Source of the DNA: Eledone cirrhosa
Lineage: Eukaryota
NCBI GenBank assembly: GCA_964016885.1
Contig: OZ024741.1
Coordinates: 199,578,001-199,642,000 of the forward strand
Direction of reading: 5' to 3'
DNA length: 64,000 nt
The translations under genes and the position numbers were made by a program. The notes under the pieces are model-generated. The model was not told the DNA's origin, searched no databases, and worked only from the letters and a program-made list of their open reading frames with translations. Numbering within the stretch: position 1 is the first letter of the stretch; every line of letters begins with the position of its first letter. Below are positions 27,621-40,617 of the stretch, one piece after another.

Positions 27621-28359
27621 ATCAGTATACACTGAGGATGATATGTATATATATATATATATAAATGGAAAAAATGAAACGAAATTTCATTTCTCACTCT
27701 TAGTACGGCTGATACTTAAATGTAAGTATGTATGTATACGTACATAAATATATGTATACAGACGTACAGTAGTATGTATATATATATATACATACATGCA
27801 CACATATATATATGTACATATGGATTTACCGAACATTTATTATAATGTTCGGTTTGTTTGTAAACAAACAAACAGCCCGAATTACGCCGTACAGTGTTCA
27901 GGCAACCATCGTCGCCTTTTTGTTCAACACTGACACAGGAACGATGTACTAGTTTCAAGCTTATTAGCTATTGTCAGCATCGTATACCTTTCTGCCAGAT
28001 GATTGAACGTCTGAAAGTATATACTTTCCTTATGCATATTAACGGCTGAGCAGCTTAATTTGCATATCGAGTGAGTTAGTATATATATATGTGTATATAT
28101 ATATATGTATATATATATGTATATATATATATGTTAATATTTTACATGTTTTTAATAATATGCCTCATTTCTATTCGACCCTACCTAAAAACTAACCTTC
28201 TCCTAAAGTTACCCAATTCACGCCCTCCCACCTTTTCATATGGTCCAATCATAACTCAGCGGTCACCATTGCTATATGGTCCAATCATATCTCAGTGGTG
28301 TATAGTAAGTTCTCTTACAAATCAGTATAGCAAAGCTACCACCTCGGTTACTACTCTTT

Positions 28360-30858
28360 AAATTTAGACCTGTTTGATAGGTGGACTACGGAATTTGGAA
28401 AGTCTGAACACTCAATGACAACGTCACAGACAAAGATAAAAAGATAAATTCACCTCCCGTTGCAGGACGAGATTAAAATGACCCCTCTTTATTTCAGACA
28501 TGGATGACCAACATAATTTCGTCTCCCACACCCCTCCCTGCCCCTCTAACCCATCCATCCCACCCTCCCAACTTCAGAGTTGGAACCATGAACGTAGGCA
28601 CATTGAAAGGTCGCTCAAATGAGGTTGTAGAGATGCTTGAACGTAAAAAGTTGATGTCTGTTGTGGTCAAGAGACTAGGTGGAGAGGTGGGTCTGCTAGA
28701 TTCATCGTGGGTAAAAAACGATGCTATAAACTTTTCTGGGTGGGAAATGACAACGGACTGGGTGGTGTAGGAATTATGTTAGCTGAAAAATGGGTAGATA
28801 AGGTAATCGACGTAAATAGAGTAAATGACAGAATAATTAAAATAAGGCTAGTTCTAAATAAAACTACTGTGACAATAATATCCGCTTATGCACCCCAATC
28901 TGGTCTACTTGACGTTATAAAGGACAGGTTCTATGAGACGCTAATGCACACTACCTCCCAAATAACCGACAGCGACTACCTAATTATTGCTGGCGATCTA
29001 AACGGTCACATTGGACAACATAGTGATGGCTATGATGAAATCCATGGAGGCTATGGGTTTGGAAATAGAAATGAGGCGGGCTTCAGAATCCTGGAATTCT
29101 ATGACGTTAATAACCTAACTATCTGTAACACAAACTTCAAAAAACGAGAAAACCACTTGATCACCTATAGATCATGGGAACACGCCAGCCAGATAGATTA
29201 TATCCTTACTAGAAGACGTGACAAAGTGTCTGTTGTAAACACTAAATCCCTCCCCCGTAAAGAATGCACCTCCCAACATAGCCTAGTAGTTAGTGACCTC
29301 ATAGTCAGGAATAGATGTACTCAACGACAGAGGAGGCCTACCTTGAGGAGAAGAATATGGAAGTTGAAGGACCCCATAGCCAGTGACAAATTTAAAAGCT
29401 TATTACTTGATGCCTTTGACAATAAGGAAGAGCAATTAGAGACGTGCAATATAGAGGAACAGTGGGAATTCCTGAAAGCTAACCTGCTGAAGGCGACAGA
29501 TGAAATCTGTGGCTGGAGCAGACCTATAGGCAGGAGGAGAGTAACTTGGTGGTGGAACAGTAAGGTGGAGGAGACAATCAAGGCCAAAAAGCAAGCTTGG
29601 AAAGTATGGCAGGTTGGGGGAAGTAGAGAACACTATCAAGTGGCCAGGAGAGAAGCTAGGAGACAAGTGTACCTTGCAAAAAGGGAAGCAGAGGATAGAA
29701 AGTTCAAGCATGTTCTATGGGTACATAAAAGACGTAGTGGGATCACAAGTAAGCTATCTAAGAACGTAGATTTTATATGTGGCCGGTACTCAGGTGCAAT
29801 AAGTAGCCAGTTGCCAGAGGATACTAGCTCCTTCTTTTGCCGAGATGATTCTATAGAAATAGTGGACACTTTTCTTTACCTGGGTGACAAAATCAGCAGT
29901 GGTGGAGAGTGCTCTGAAAGTACAGTAGCCAGAGTCAGAACGGCATGGAAAAAGTTCAGAGAGCTTATACCACTATTGGCTGCTAAAGGTTTCTCTCTGA
30001 AAATGAAAGGCAGATTGTATGATGCCTGTATAAGAACAGCAATGTTACATGGCAGTGAGACATGGGCATTGCGTGCAGAGGACCTGCGCAGACTGGAAAG
30101 GAACGAAGCATGCATGCTGCGTTGGATGTGTAATAGTAATATACGTGAACGGCAAAGCATAAATGAACTAAGTGAGAAATTAGGAATAAGAGGGATCAGA
30201 TGCTGTTTACTCGAGAGAAGACTACGTTGGTATGGTCACGTGATGCGCATGAAAGACGAGAGCTGTATAAAAAAGTGCAGGGTGATCAAAATTGATGGTA
30301 GTTACAGAATAGGTAGACCCGGAAGAACCTGGGACGACTTGATAAATTTCGATCTTACACACTTGCACCTCTCTAAGACAATGTCTCTGGACTGAGATCT
30401 TTGGTGCTACGCAGTAATACAGAAGACCCGCCTTGCCTAAGTACAAAGCGAAACCTACAGTCAGTAGGCACCTCTTAACCAAATATACACCCTAATCCAC
30501 TACCCCTACCCTATCCTCCCACTCCCACCAACACCACCCTCTCTCTGTAAAGTTGGTACAACAACATCCAGTCCAAATAAATGAGATAATGAGATCGAGA
30601 TCCTGTAGGTGTTACGAGAAAAAAAACACACAGTCCACGCTGTAACGTGGCCGTGTAGGTAACACGGTAAAAAGTTCCCAGTTCCACACTGTAAATGTGG
30701 TTTGTGTTAGGAAGGGCATCCAGCCGTAGAAAACCTGCCAGATAGTCCTATATGAGCGAGACACGTCCACCCGACCAACCTTGCCTCAAGTGAGATAACT
30801 CCCGTCTAACCCATGGAGAAGATAGACGTTAAACGAAGATGATGATGATGATGATGAT
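28360..30858 (+). mobile_element. RTE-clade LINE with internal deletion of the RT domain
   Basis: APE motifs (GTMNVGTL, SAYAPQ, AGDLNGH, SQIDYIL) fused at ~29716 to the C-terminal region (MLHGSETW, RLRWYGHV); (GAT)n tail. Confidence 0.9.
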
Positions 30859-30867
30859 ATATATATA

Positions 30868-32520
30868 TAAATAGTTCAAAAGGACAAACAAACAAACGCA
30901 GGAGTCAATAGTACATAGTGTTATTAGCTTCACGCTTGTAGAGAGTAGGAGAGGTTACGACGTTTCGGACATAAGTCCTTCATTAGGAAAGTATGGAGGA
31001 ACACCGAGAGGGAGTGAGGAGGGAGTTAATAGGAAAAAACATGAAAGAACGAGAAAAAATTGAAATAAAAATAAATATGAAAATCAAAATAAATAACAAC
31101 AGAATTAAAAAGAATATATAAAAAACAAACAGAATTTTAAAAAAATGTGGAAGTGAGGGGAGTAGTAGGAAGTAAAACATGTGAAAGGTAGGAGGGGTGT
31201 ACGGGTTCGGGATGGCAAGGGTGTGGTAGTGTGTAAGGGTAGAGATAGGGGAGGGAAAGGAAGAAAATTAGAGTCCGAGCGGAGATGTAAGTGTGTGCGC
31301 GTATGAGTGGATGTAAGTGTGAGAGTCTGGAAAGACGTGAGTGAATGTGGGTTTTGAAAAACAATTGTGTGTGTGTGTGTTGGGGTGGAGTGTATGCCTG
31401 TGTGTGTATAGTCCCTGTATGGGTGTAGGTGTATGAGTGTGGATGGAGGAGGACGGATGCGGTGAGATGAAATCGTGTCAAATATGGAGGCGGTGTAGGT
31501 GTGTGAGTGTGGATGGAGGAGGACGGATGCGGTGAGATGAAATCGTGTCAAATATGGAGGCGGTGTAGGTGTGTGAGTGTGGATGGAGGAGGACGGATGC
31601 GGTGAGATGAAATCGTGTCAAATATGGAGGCGGTGTGGATGTGTGTGTATATGTGCATGTGTGGGGGGGTTGTGTATTTGTGTGGTTAAGAAAAGGGGAT
31701 GCGTGGTATGTCTATAGGTGATGTGGGTTCGTGTGCGGAGCGTAGTTTGCATGTGTGCAGATATGGTGCACGTTTCTGAATGGATGTTGGTGTGTATGTG
31801 TGTGTGTGCGTGTGCGTGCGTGTGCGTGTGCGCGTGCGTGTGTGTGTGTGTGTGGATGATGAAGATCCGAAGGTATAACAGGTGGATTCACCGTGAGGTA
31901 AATTCCGAGTTTAAGTAGGAGAGAATGACGATGGGGAAGTGAAATGGTAGCGCGGCGTGCGCAACCAAAATGGTCAATTCGAACGAGTGGGCGGAGAGGG
32001 TGATGATGGCAGGGCAATGTGTGGGAGGTGGGGAGGAGGTGATGCCGACAGAACAGAACTTGGTGGGTGAGATTGATAGTAGTTACTATGTCTGCGTGAG
32101 GGTAGTAGCTGTGTTGACAGGCAGGTGTGTGTGGGTGAGAGTGGCATGTGTGTACGGAGTTATGTATGTGTGTAGAAAACGTAGTGGTAATCGTATGTGA
32201 GTGGGTGTGTATACTGGTGTGTGTGTGTGTGTGTGTGTTTATGGTGTAAGGGTGGTATGGGTGAAGGAAAAGGTGGTGGTTGGGGGTTTAATAGTGGGGT
32301 GGCGAGGTGTGGGTGTGTGTGGGTAGAGGTTAGCGGTTATAGTAGGGAGTTAGGGGGGAGTCAGTGGGGGGGGGGGGGTTAAAGGAAAAGGGGTGGAGAG
32401 TTCAAACTGGGGGGTTCAAGTCTGTAATTGGAAGATGGGACATCAGGAGATCCAGGGCACGCAATCGGGTCAAGTTGTGAGCGGAGTGTCCAGCTGAGCA
32501 GAAGTGTTGGGCAATGGGAT
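30868..32520 (-). mobile_element. PLE 3' region (GIY-YIG tail remnant, CA-rich UTR, mutated hammerhead at 30955-30988)
   Basis: PIAQHFCSAGHS remnant near 32500; CTAATGA-aggac ttat gtcc-GAAA-cgTC; terminus resembles 45550-45670. Confidence 0.6.
31422..31640. repeat. 70-bp tandem repeat, about 3 copies
   Basis: GGATGGAGGAGGACGGATGCGG... recurs at 31441, 31511 and 31581. Confidence 0.9.
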
Positions 32521-33254
32521 ATATAATATATATATATATATATATATCAAATGAAGTAACGGAGTTAAAAACTCGCGCTTGTCCTAATTTAATAAGCTCA
32601 AAGGAAACAATTCCCGGGCTCTTCAAATTATAATGTAGAGAGGATAATACACAAGGGAATGTGTTTTCAATTACAGGGAGTATAAGACCACTAGAGTGAA
32701 GAACATATAAACGACAAAAGGTATGGGAAATACATTATAATTAAAAAGATAAATTAAAATGAAATAACCCACCTTTATAACTATAAATCACACATGTGAA
32801 GCTCACAAAGAGAATGTTTCACCTTAAAATTAATGTTAGAATCATATCAACTCATGGATCGCCAGCGTGTGTAAAGCAGATACATTCCATATTACTAAAA
32901 AAAAACTTAAAATAATTGACTTGTAGCACGTGGAAAGAGAAGGAAATTGCGTGCACGAGACAGTAACTAGTGGTATGAATGGAACAAAAAGCTGCTAGAT
33001 ATAGCAGCCTATAACCATTCAGCTTAAAATGTTCAACAGAGAAATTCGAAAGGAGCGATCCAGTTAGAGGTTGTGAATACTTCTTATTATGGGTAGTTTT
33101 AGCGTACGGCTTTGTTTGACTCAGTAAGTGGTTTACGTAGATGGCGAGTTTATGATTTAACTTGTATTCCTATGTAAATTTATCTTGGAGTAATAAAATT
33201 GAAAAAATGTGAAGAATAACATGGTCAACAGTACAAAAAAGGGGAATTTATTTA

Positions 33255-33346
33255 CAGTCTAACAATTGTTTCTCTGATTGAGTTGTCTAAACATTGTGAA
33301 CACTAGAAGCAGTTCAATGCTAGCTCAATCATGTCATCAGAAACTG
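33255..33346 (-). ncRNA. Type I hammerhead ribozyme with long stem II
   Basis: cagttt-CTGATGA-..tgattgag...ctcaatca ga-GAAA-caattg-TT-agactg. Confidence 0.65.
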
Positions 33347-33352
33347 TTATAA

Positions 33353-33462
33353 CAGTTTCTGATGACATGATTGAGCTAGCATCGTATTTAAAATTGAGAG
33401 GCACTGCTTCTAGTGTTCAGCAATTTTTAGACAACTTAATCAGAGAAACAATTGTTAGACTG
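33353..33462 (+). ncRNA. Type I hammerhead ribozyme with long stem II
   Basis: cagttt-CTGATGA-..tgattga...ttaatca ga-GAAA-caattg-TT-agactg; palindromic ACAATTGT stem III. Confidence 0.65.
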
Positions 33463-33532
33463 TAAATAGATTCCCCTTTTTTGTACTGTTGACCATGTTA
33501 TTCTTCACATTTTTCAATTATATATATATATA

Positions 33533-36500
33533 TCATCATCATCATCATCGTTTAACGTCTATCTTCCACGCTAGCATGGGTTTAGACGGGAATTATCCCA
33601 CTTGGGGCAAGATTGGTTGTCTTGCTCGTATAGGACTGTCTGGCGGATTTTCTGCGGCTGGATGCCCTTCCTAACACCAACCACGTTTACAGTGTGAACT
33701 GGGAGGTTTTTACCGTGTTACCTACACGGCCACATTACAGCATGGACTGTGTGTGTGTTTTTTTTTTGTCGTGACAGCTACACGACCTCATTTATATAAC
33801 TATACATCGAAAAGGGTGGTGTAGATGGGGGTGGGGGTGGGGGTAGTGGGACGGGGGTGTATTTTCGTTAAGAGGTGCCTACTGACTAGGTTTCGCTTTG
33901 TACTGAGGCAAGGCGGATCTTCTGTATTACTGCGTAGCGCCAAAGATCTCGGTCCAGAGAGGTGTAAGTGTGTAAGGTCGGAATTTATCTGGGTCTGCCT
34001 ACTCCGTGGCTACCGTCTATTTTGATCGCCCTGCACTTTTTTATACAGCTGTCGTCTTTCATGCGCATCACGTGACCATACCAACGTAGTCTTCTCAAGT
34101 AAACAGCATCTGATCCCTCTTATTCCTAATTTCTCCCTTAGTTTATTTATGCTTTGCTGTTCACGTATATTACTATTACACATCCAACGGAGCATGCAAG
34201 CTTCGTTCCTCTCCAGTCTGCGTATATCCTCTGCACACAATGCCCATGTCTCACTGCCATGTAACATTGCTGTTCGTATGCAGGCACCATACAACCTGCC
34301 TTTCATTTTTAGACAGAAACCTTTAACGGACAATAGTGGTATAAGCTCTCTGAACTTTTTCCATCTCGTTCTGACTCTAGCTACTGTACTTTCAGAGCAC
34401 CCACCACCACTGCAGATTTTGTCACCCAGGTAACGGAAGGTGTCCACTATTTCTATAGAACCATCTGGGCAATGGAACGAGCTAGTATTCTGTGGGCACT
34501 TGCTACTACTTATTACAGATGAACACCGGCCATATATAAAATCTATATTCTTAGTTAGCTTACCTGTGATCCCACTACATCTTTTATGCACCCATAGTTT
34601 GCATTTGGGACATAAAATGGAGTTTCTGCCTACTCCTTTCCTACACACTGAGCATGGCCATTTCCAAGAAGAGACCAGTGTCCTATTTTCCTTCCTACAT
34701 ACTAGAACTTTAGTCTTAGACAAGTTAATTTTAAGGCCTTTTGATTCTAGGCCATGCTTCCATGTTTGGAATTTTTTCTCTAGTTCAGCCATTGATTCAG
34801 CTATGAGCGTTAAATCATCTGCGTATAGAAGTTCCCATGGGCAGCCGGTCTTGAACTCCTCTGTTATAGCCTGAAGGGCAATAATAAATAGAAGGGGGCT
34901 AAGGACAGAGCCCTGATGAACACCAACTTTTACGCTAAACTCTTCACTATATTCGTTGTTAATTATAACATTGCTGACTGTTTCTTTATACATGGCTTGT
35001 ATAGCTCTCACAAGCCATTCATCAACACGTAGTTTTCTGAGAGCCCACCAGATAATGGGGCGTGGGACTCTGTCAAAGGCTTTCTCCAAGTCAACAAAAG
35101 CTAAGTATAGGGTTTACTTTTAGCTAGGTACTTCTCCTGTAGTTGTCGTACAAGGAAAAGAGCGTCTGTAGTACTTTTACCTGACACAAACCCGAACTGC
35201 ATTTAATCTAGATCAATTCGCTCTCTGATTAGTTCCGCTATTACTTTTTCTGTGACTTTCATGACCTGATCAATTAATTTAATGCCTCTATAGTTTCCCC
35301 TATCTAGGGCGTCTCCTTTACTCTTGTAGCAGTAAATGATGATGCTGCTACGCCAGTCCTTTGGTACGACCCCATTCTGTATAACTTGGTTTACTATCCA
35401 GGTGACCATAGTGTGTCCCACCATTCCAGATGCTTTCAGCGTTTCAGCAACTATTTCCGAAGGCCCAGCCGCCTTGCCCGTCTTCATATCTTTGATTGCC
35501 TTACTTATTATACTACCTTCGACTAACACTGCTGGTCCCTCTATTGGATCGATGTGGGGGAGACTGTCTTTCTCCCATTTATTCTCCTCATTTAGTAGTC
35601 TTTCGTAGTGACACTTCCAAGCTTCTTATCAGCATCAGTGATGGCAAGTACACCGTCATCATTACAGACACACTTCTCCCCGACAATATCACGGTTTTCC
35701 TTGATACATTGCCTAGCAATCCTGAACACCTCACGTTTTTGGTCCTCGCGTTGTAGAACATGCTTGAACTTTCTTTCCTCTGCTTCCCTTCTTGCGAAGT
35801 ACACTTGTCTCCTAGCTTCCCTCCTGGCCACTTGATAGTCTTCTCTACTTCCCCCATCCCGCCATACTTTCCAAGCCTGCTTTTTGGCCTTAATTGACTC
35901 CTCCACCTTACTGTTTCACCACCAAGTTACTCTCCTCCTACCTATAGGTCTGCTCCAGCCACAGATTTCATCTGTCGCCTTCAGCAGGTTAGCTTTCAGG
36001 AATTCCCACTGTTCCTTGATATTGTACGACTCTAATTGCTCTTCCTTACTGTCAAAAGTAATATGCTTTTAAATTTATTATTGGCTGTGGAGTCCTTTAA
36101 CTTCCATATTTTTCTCCTGAGGATAGTCCTCCTCTGTTGTTAAGTACGTCTCGTCATGACTATGAGGTCGTTTCGCTAACTATGAGGCTATGTTGGGAGG
36201 TGCATTCTTCATGGGGGAGGGATTTAGTGTTTACAACAGACACTCTGTCTCGTCTTCTGGTAAGGATATAATCTATCTGACTGGCGTGTTCCCCTGATCT
36301 ATAGGTGATCAAGTGATTGTCTCGTTTTTTGAAGTTTGTGTTACAGATAGTTAGATTATTTGCGTCACAGAATTCCAGGATTCTGGAGCCTTCCTCATTT
36401 CTAGTACCGAACCCATAGCCTCCATGGATTCGGTCATAGCCGTCACAATGTTGTCCAACGTGACCATTTAGGTCGCCAGCAATAATTATGTAGTCATTGT

Positions 36501-37135
36501 CGGTTATTTGGAAGGTTGTGAGCATCAATGTCTCATAGAATCTGTCTTTTATAACGCCAGTCAGTCCGGATTGGGCTGCATACGCGGATATTATTGGCAC
36601 AGTAGTTCTATTTAGGACAAGTCTTATTTTAATGATTCTGTCGTTCACTCTATTTACGTCTATTATCTTATCTACCCATTTTTCTGCTAGCATGATCCTA
36701 CTCCACCCAGCCCATTGTCATTTCCCACCCAGAAAAGCTTATAGCATCGTTTTTACCCACAATGAATCTAGCAGACCCACTCCTCCACCTGGTCTCTTGA
36801 ATACAGCAAACATCAACGTCCTTACGTTCAAGCATCTCTACAACTTCATTAGAGCGACCTTTTAAGGTGCCTACATTCATGGTACCAACTCTGAAGTTTT
36901 GTATTGTGTTTGGTGAGTGGGAAGGACGGGGCGCAGTGAGGGGTGGGGGGAGATGGGGCTATGTTAGCCATCCGCGGCCGAAATAAGAAGGAGGAGTCCT
37001 TGCATTCTCGTCCGGCAGCATGAGGTGAATTTGTCTTTATCTTTAGCATTGTCATTGAGTGTCCAGATATTTCAGACTCTCCAGAATTCCGTAGTCCATC
37101 CATCATATCGAAAGGCAACCAGGTCTAAACTTAAG
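33533..37135 (-). mobile_element. Near full-length RTE-clade LINE pseudogene (APE + RT + Cys-rich insert)
   Basis: APE 36160-36880; RT motifs NYRGIKL, EKAFDRVPR, HQGSVLSPLLF, LLYADD; CSVC...CPKC..WVHKRC; (GAT)n tail; frameshifted. Confidence 0.92.
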
Positions 37136-37520
37136 AAGTGATAGCATAGGCCGCTAGATTATGATTGGTTCAAATAAATAATAGTGGCGAGTAGGAGGGG
37201 GGAGGGTCTGAGGTAGTTAGCGAGAAGGTTATAAAATAAAATCCTCGAATTTTGGCCATAATTGAACGAGCATATAACAGTAGTAAGAGAAGAATTATGG
37301 GATTTTAAATACAAGAAGATTATTTTGAACAATCAGACAGAGTTATCGAATAGCATTGAAAAAAGAAAAGATCAGATTCTGGACGATATGATACAGATAG
37401 ATGAATGGACCGGGGAACATGGAGAGACGAGAAAAAAAATAGGATTTGTACATTACATTTCACAGAAGACCGAGCGAGCGATGTAGCCAAGAATAAGGGA
37501 TTGACAAATTCTGAGTTTCG

Positions 37521-37552
<32 letters not shown>

Positions 37553-38019
37553 CCTCTGCCATGTCAGTTAACTCTTTCTCTCTACTGACCTCTTCCTCGC
37601 ACTCCCACTCACTCAGTCCCTGTTTCTCCCCTTCTTTCTTCCTCCCGTTCGCTGGGAAAACGGTTTTCATTCTTTCTAACACCGGATTCACTAGCGAAAG
37701 GTCTGTTTTCTGACTCGCTCATATATTCACACAGCTTATGCTGAAAGAATAACTATATTGCTTGTGTCCATTTCCATCTTCGGTTAGCTTCCCCCTGTGT
37801 TGTTTACTTGTCTCACTCGCTTTACGCGTTTCTATTGTCCTAATAACTTATTTTAGTTATTATCGCTCCAACGTGAGGTATATGATTTTTAATGCGATGA
37901 AATACCCATGATCGTTTGGTAAATCACTGATGAGGGACTCATTTTATAACATGTTATCCATGTGCAACCAGCAGTATTCTTCTCACCCATATTTTCATAT
38001 ATATATATATATATATATA

Positions 38020-38407
38020 CAGAATAAGATAAAGACATACAGAGACACACAAGAACTAAACTAATAAAATAAACCAGGCTCCCACAGGTAGCGCAAGCAA
38101 CTAATTAGTGACAAGTAGATAAATGTATAAGTAAATAGATAATAACACACACTAAGAAAAACCCGGGTATAATGCATCACAGCCAAGTGCAATGCACACT
38201 GCTCACTAAAACAAGATGGTGTAGGAGAGACACAAAATAACAAATTAGTCACTGTGGAGGTCACAGAATGTGTGACGAAAGAGCTTTGAAATTAACAAAT
38301 AAACAAACATCTGGTTATTAAACTGGGAGTTTATAATGAATTGAATGAAAATCAACAGGTGCGTGTGTTTTTATTAACAACATGACCCTTCCAAATTATA
38401 ACAACAT
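38020..38407 (+). mobile_element. 3' UTR/terminus of a family-A-related PLE
   Basis: Ends CAACATGACCCTTCCAAATTATAACA, like 24104-24129. Confidence 0.55.
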
Positions 38408-38421
38408 ATATAATATATATG

Positions 38422-38480
<59 letters not shown>

Positions 38481-38618
38481 ATTCACAAGTGTGAACAAAG
38501 GAATTTATTCACAGCCTCGAAATAAGCTCTCAACTTGGTTTTCAAACAATAAATAAATAATCAATTAACCAATTAATCATTTAATTAATTATAAAGGCTA
38601 GGAGAAAATAATAATAAT

Positions 38619-38806
38619 AATTGTTTCTACTTTAGGCACAAGGCCAGCAATTACCCAGTGCATTACTGGTACTTTATTTTATCGACCCCGTAAGGATGAA
38701 AGGCAAAGTCAACCTCGGCGGGATTTGAACTCAGATCGTAAAGGGACGTAACTATGCTGGAAAGCATGGCGTCCGACCCTCTACCGATACTGCCAACCCA
38801 CCGCCC
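38619..38806 (-). mobile_element. Deu/Nin-like SINE copy
   Basis: Near-identical to 1951-2135; (AAT)n flanks. Confidence 0.85.
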
Positions 38807-38855
38807 TTTATAAATAATAATAATAATCATAATAATGAGTTTGAATGTACCCACC

Positions 38856-38886
<31 letters not shown>

Positions 38887-39853
38887 TTGAATGTACCCAC
38901 CAAAACCCGGATGTGAACTTCCTCTTTTTTTTGAGAAAGAACATGTGACACCACTGCCAAATTTACTACTACAATCGTTTGCAGTTTGGTCCCTTAAGCC
39001 GGGGAAAGTGGATACTGGAACGAAATACCTGATAACGAAGGGAAATCCTTGTTCCATCTTGGGATACATTACTGGCTTGCATTCATCTTACGCAACTTGG
39101 AGTGTAGCTTTCGGGTTTCCCGGAAACCTATTGAAGATATTTCAATAGGTTAATATCTAATATCTATCAATCAGGTCCAAGTTCGTCTTTTCGTTGTTGT
39201 AGTATTAAGATAGCAACACATCGCTAGTCACATTTTTCATTGTATCACTATTACCTTACTTATGTTGATTACTCTGAGGATTAATTTATTGATTACTCTC
39301 TCATTGAGTGCTTTGTGACAGCCTTCAAAAATCGATTGCGAACCTGCTACTCGCAGCTGCAACTTCGGTTATACTCATTATTATATATATATATATCATC
39401 ATCATCATCATCATCATCTATATATATGAATATTCGTAAAATTTGAGTATTCTCAGCGCGAAAAGTAGCCGTTACCAGCTGCATACTTTTTGCATAGTAA
39501 ATTTTTATTGGGGGGGGGGGGGTTAAGATATAACCACAAATCGAACGGAGAGCGTGAGAGAGAGAGAGGGAAAAAGAGAGGTGAGAAATAAGGGGTTTAT
39601 AGAGAGAGAGAGGGGGAGAGGAGGAGAGGAAAAAATGTGGACTAGAAGGATGGAGAGATGGGGGGAATAGATTAATAAGAACAAGGTACTTAGCGTTATT
39701 TGGATCATCGGCCTCCTATCAATAATTTGCAATATAATATCGCAACATAGTTTCTCGCGTGAAGGGGTGACTATGCCTAGACTAAGCCAGGATTTAGCTT
39801 CGAATATAACTGTAAACAAATATGTATTTGAATTTCGTGATTCCAATGCCGGT

Positions 39854-40224
39854 GTGTTATTCATAGCTATGGCTTTCTAAATGTTTATTTATAAACATAA
39901 CATATTTATTTGGAAATACAAAATTAAAATACATATTTGTATACAGCTATGTTCGATGCTAAATCCTAATTCTATTCTATTATAAGTCGAGCCAACTTAT
40001 ATAGACAAAAAAAAAACTATATATTTTCGCCTGTTTTCAAAGTCTAGCAGTTGCAAGAGCGGGAGAGATCGTCCTGACGAGAACCAGTTGAGTTCGAAAT
40101 GCATCGACGATTGACCCCCTTGCTTCTGCCAAGCACCACTTGGTGACGTTAGCTGCCAGTGTCATTCATAGCTATGGCTTTCTAAATATTTATTTATAAA
40201 CATAACGTATTTATTTGGAAATAC
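39854..40224 (+). mobile_element. 305-nt hammerhead-bearing unit with 66-nt terminal redundancy (retrozyme-like)
   Basis: Direct repeats 39854-39919 / 40159-40224 flank an intact hammerhead; no ORF. Confidence 0.6.
40068..40111 (+). ncRNA. Canonical minimal type I hammerhead ribozyme
   Basis: atcgtc-CTGACGA-gaac cagttga gttc-GAAA-tgca-TC-gacgat; perfect stems I and II, palindromic ATGCAT stem III, AUC triplet. Confidence 0.88.
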
Positions 40225-40379
40225 CAATCCACACACACATATATATACATATATATATCGACAGACGATTGACTTTCATGAAATCGGGCCGAGGAAACAA
40301 TGTTTCCATTGGTCTTTCTAATTTCTAATACTCTCTATCGGTCACAATTCCAGGTAGAAGGAGCATTCTCCAGGTAGAA

Positions 40380-40476
40380 TGCCCAAGGACATTCCCGGTC
40401 CGGGAATCGAACTCACAACCTCACGATTGCGAATCCAATTCTCTATTCTCTAACGACTCAGCCACGCGCCTTCACA
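40380..40476 (-). mobile_element. tRNA-derived SINE head
   Basis: GGCGCGTGGCTGAGTCG (A box) ... GAGTTCGATTCCC (B box) then TGTCCTTGGGCA. Confidence 0.6.
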
Positions 40477-40482
40477 TATATT

Positions 40483-40523
<41 letters not shown>

Positions 40524-40528
40524 ACATA

Positions 40529-40616
<88 letters not shown>

Positions 40617-40617
<1 letters not shown>

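Larger units (their letters stand above)
33197..33519. repeat. Imperfect ~320-bp palindrome with two back-to-back hammerheads
   Basis: Centre TGTTA|TAACA at 33349/33350; right arm carries a ~20-nt extra segment. Confidence 0.9.

Noticed and set aside
31422-31640. CRISPR-like array (also 42860-43530)
   Set aside because: Whole units repeat with no unique spacers, no cas genes, eukaryotic context
39125-39152. PIEISSIGF as a restriction-like endonuclease remnant
   Set aside because: Too short, coincides with a small palindrome, no supporting motifs
40380-40476. tRNA gene
   Set aside because: A and B boxes present, but no complete cloverleaf and it runs into SINE body sequence
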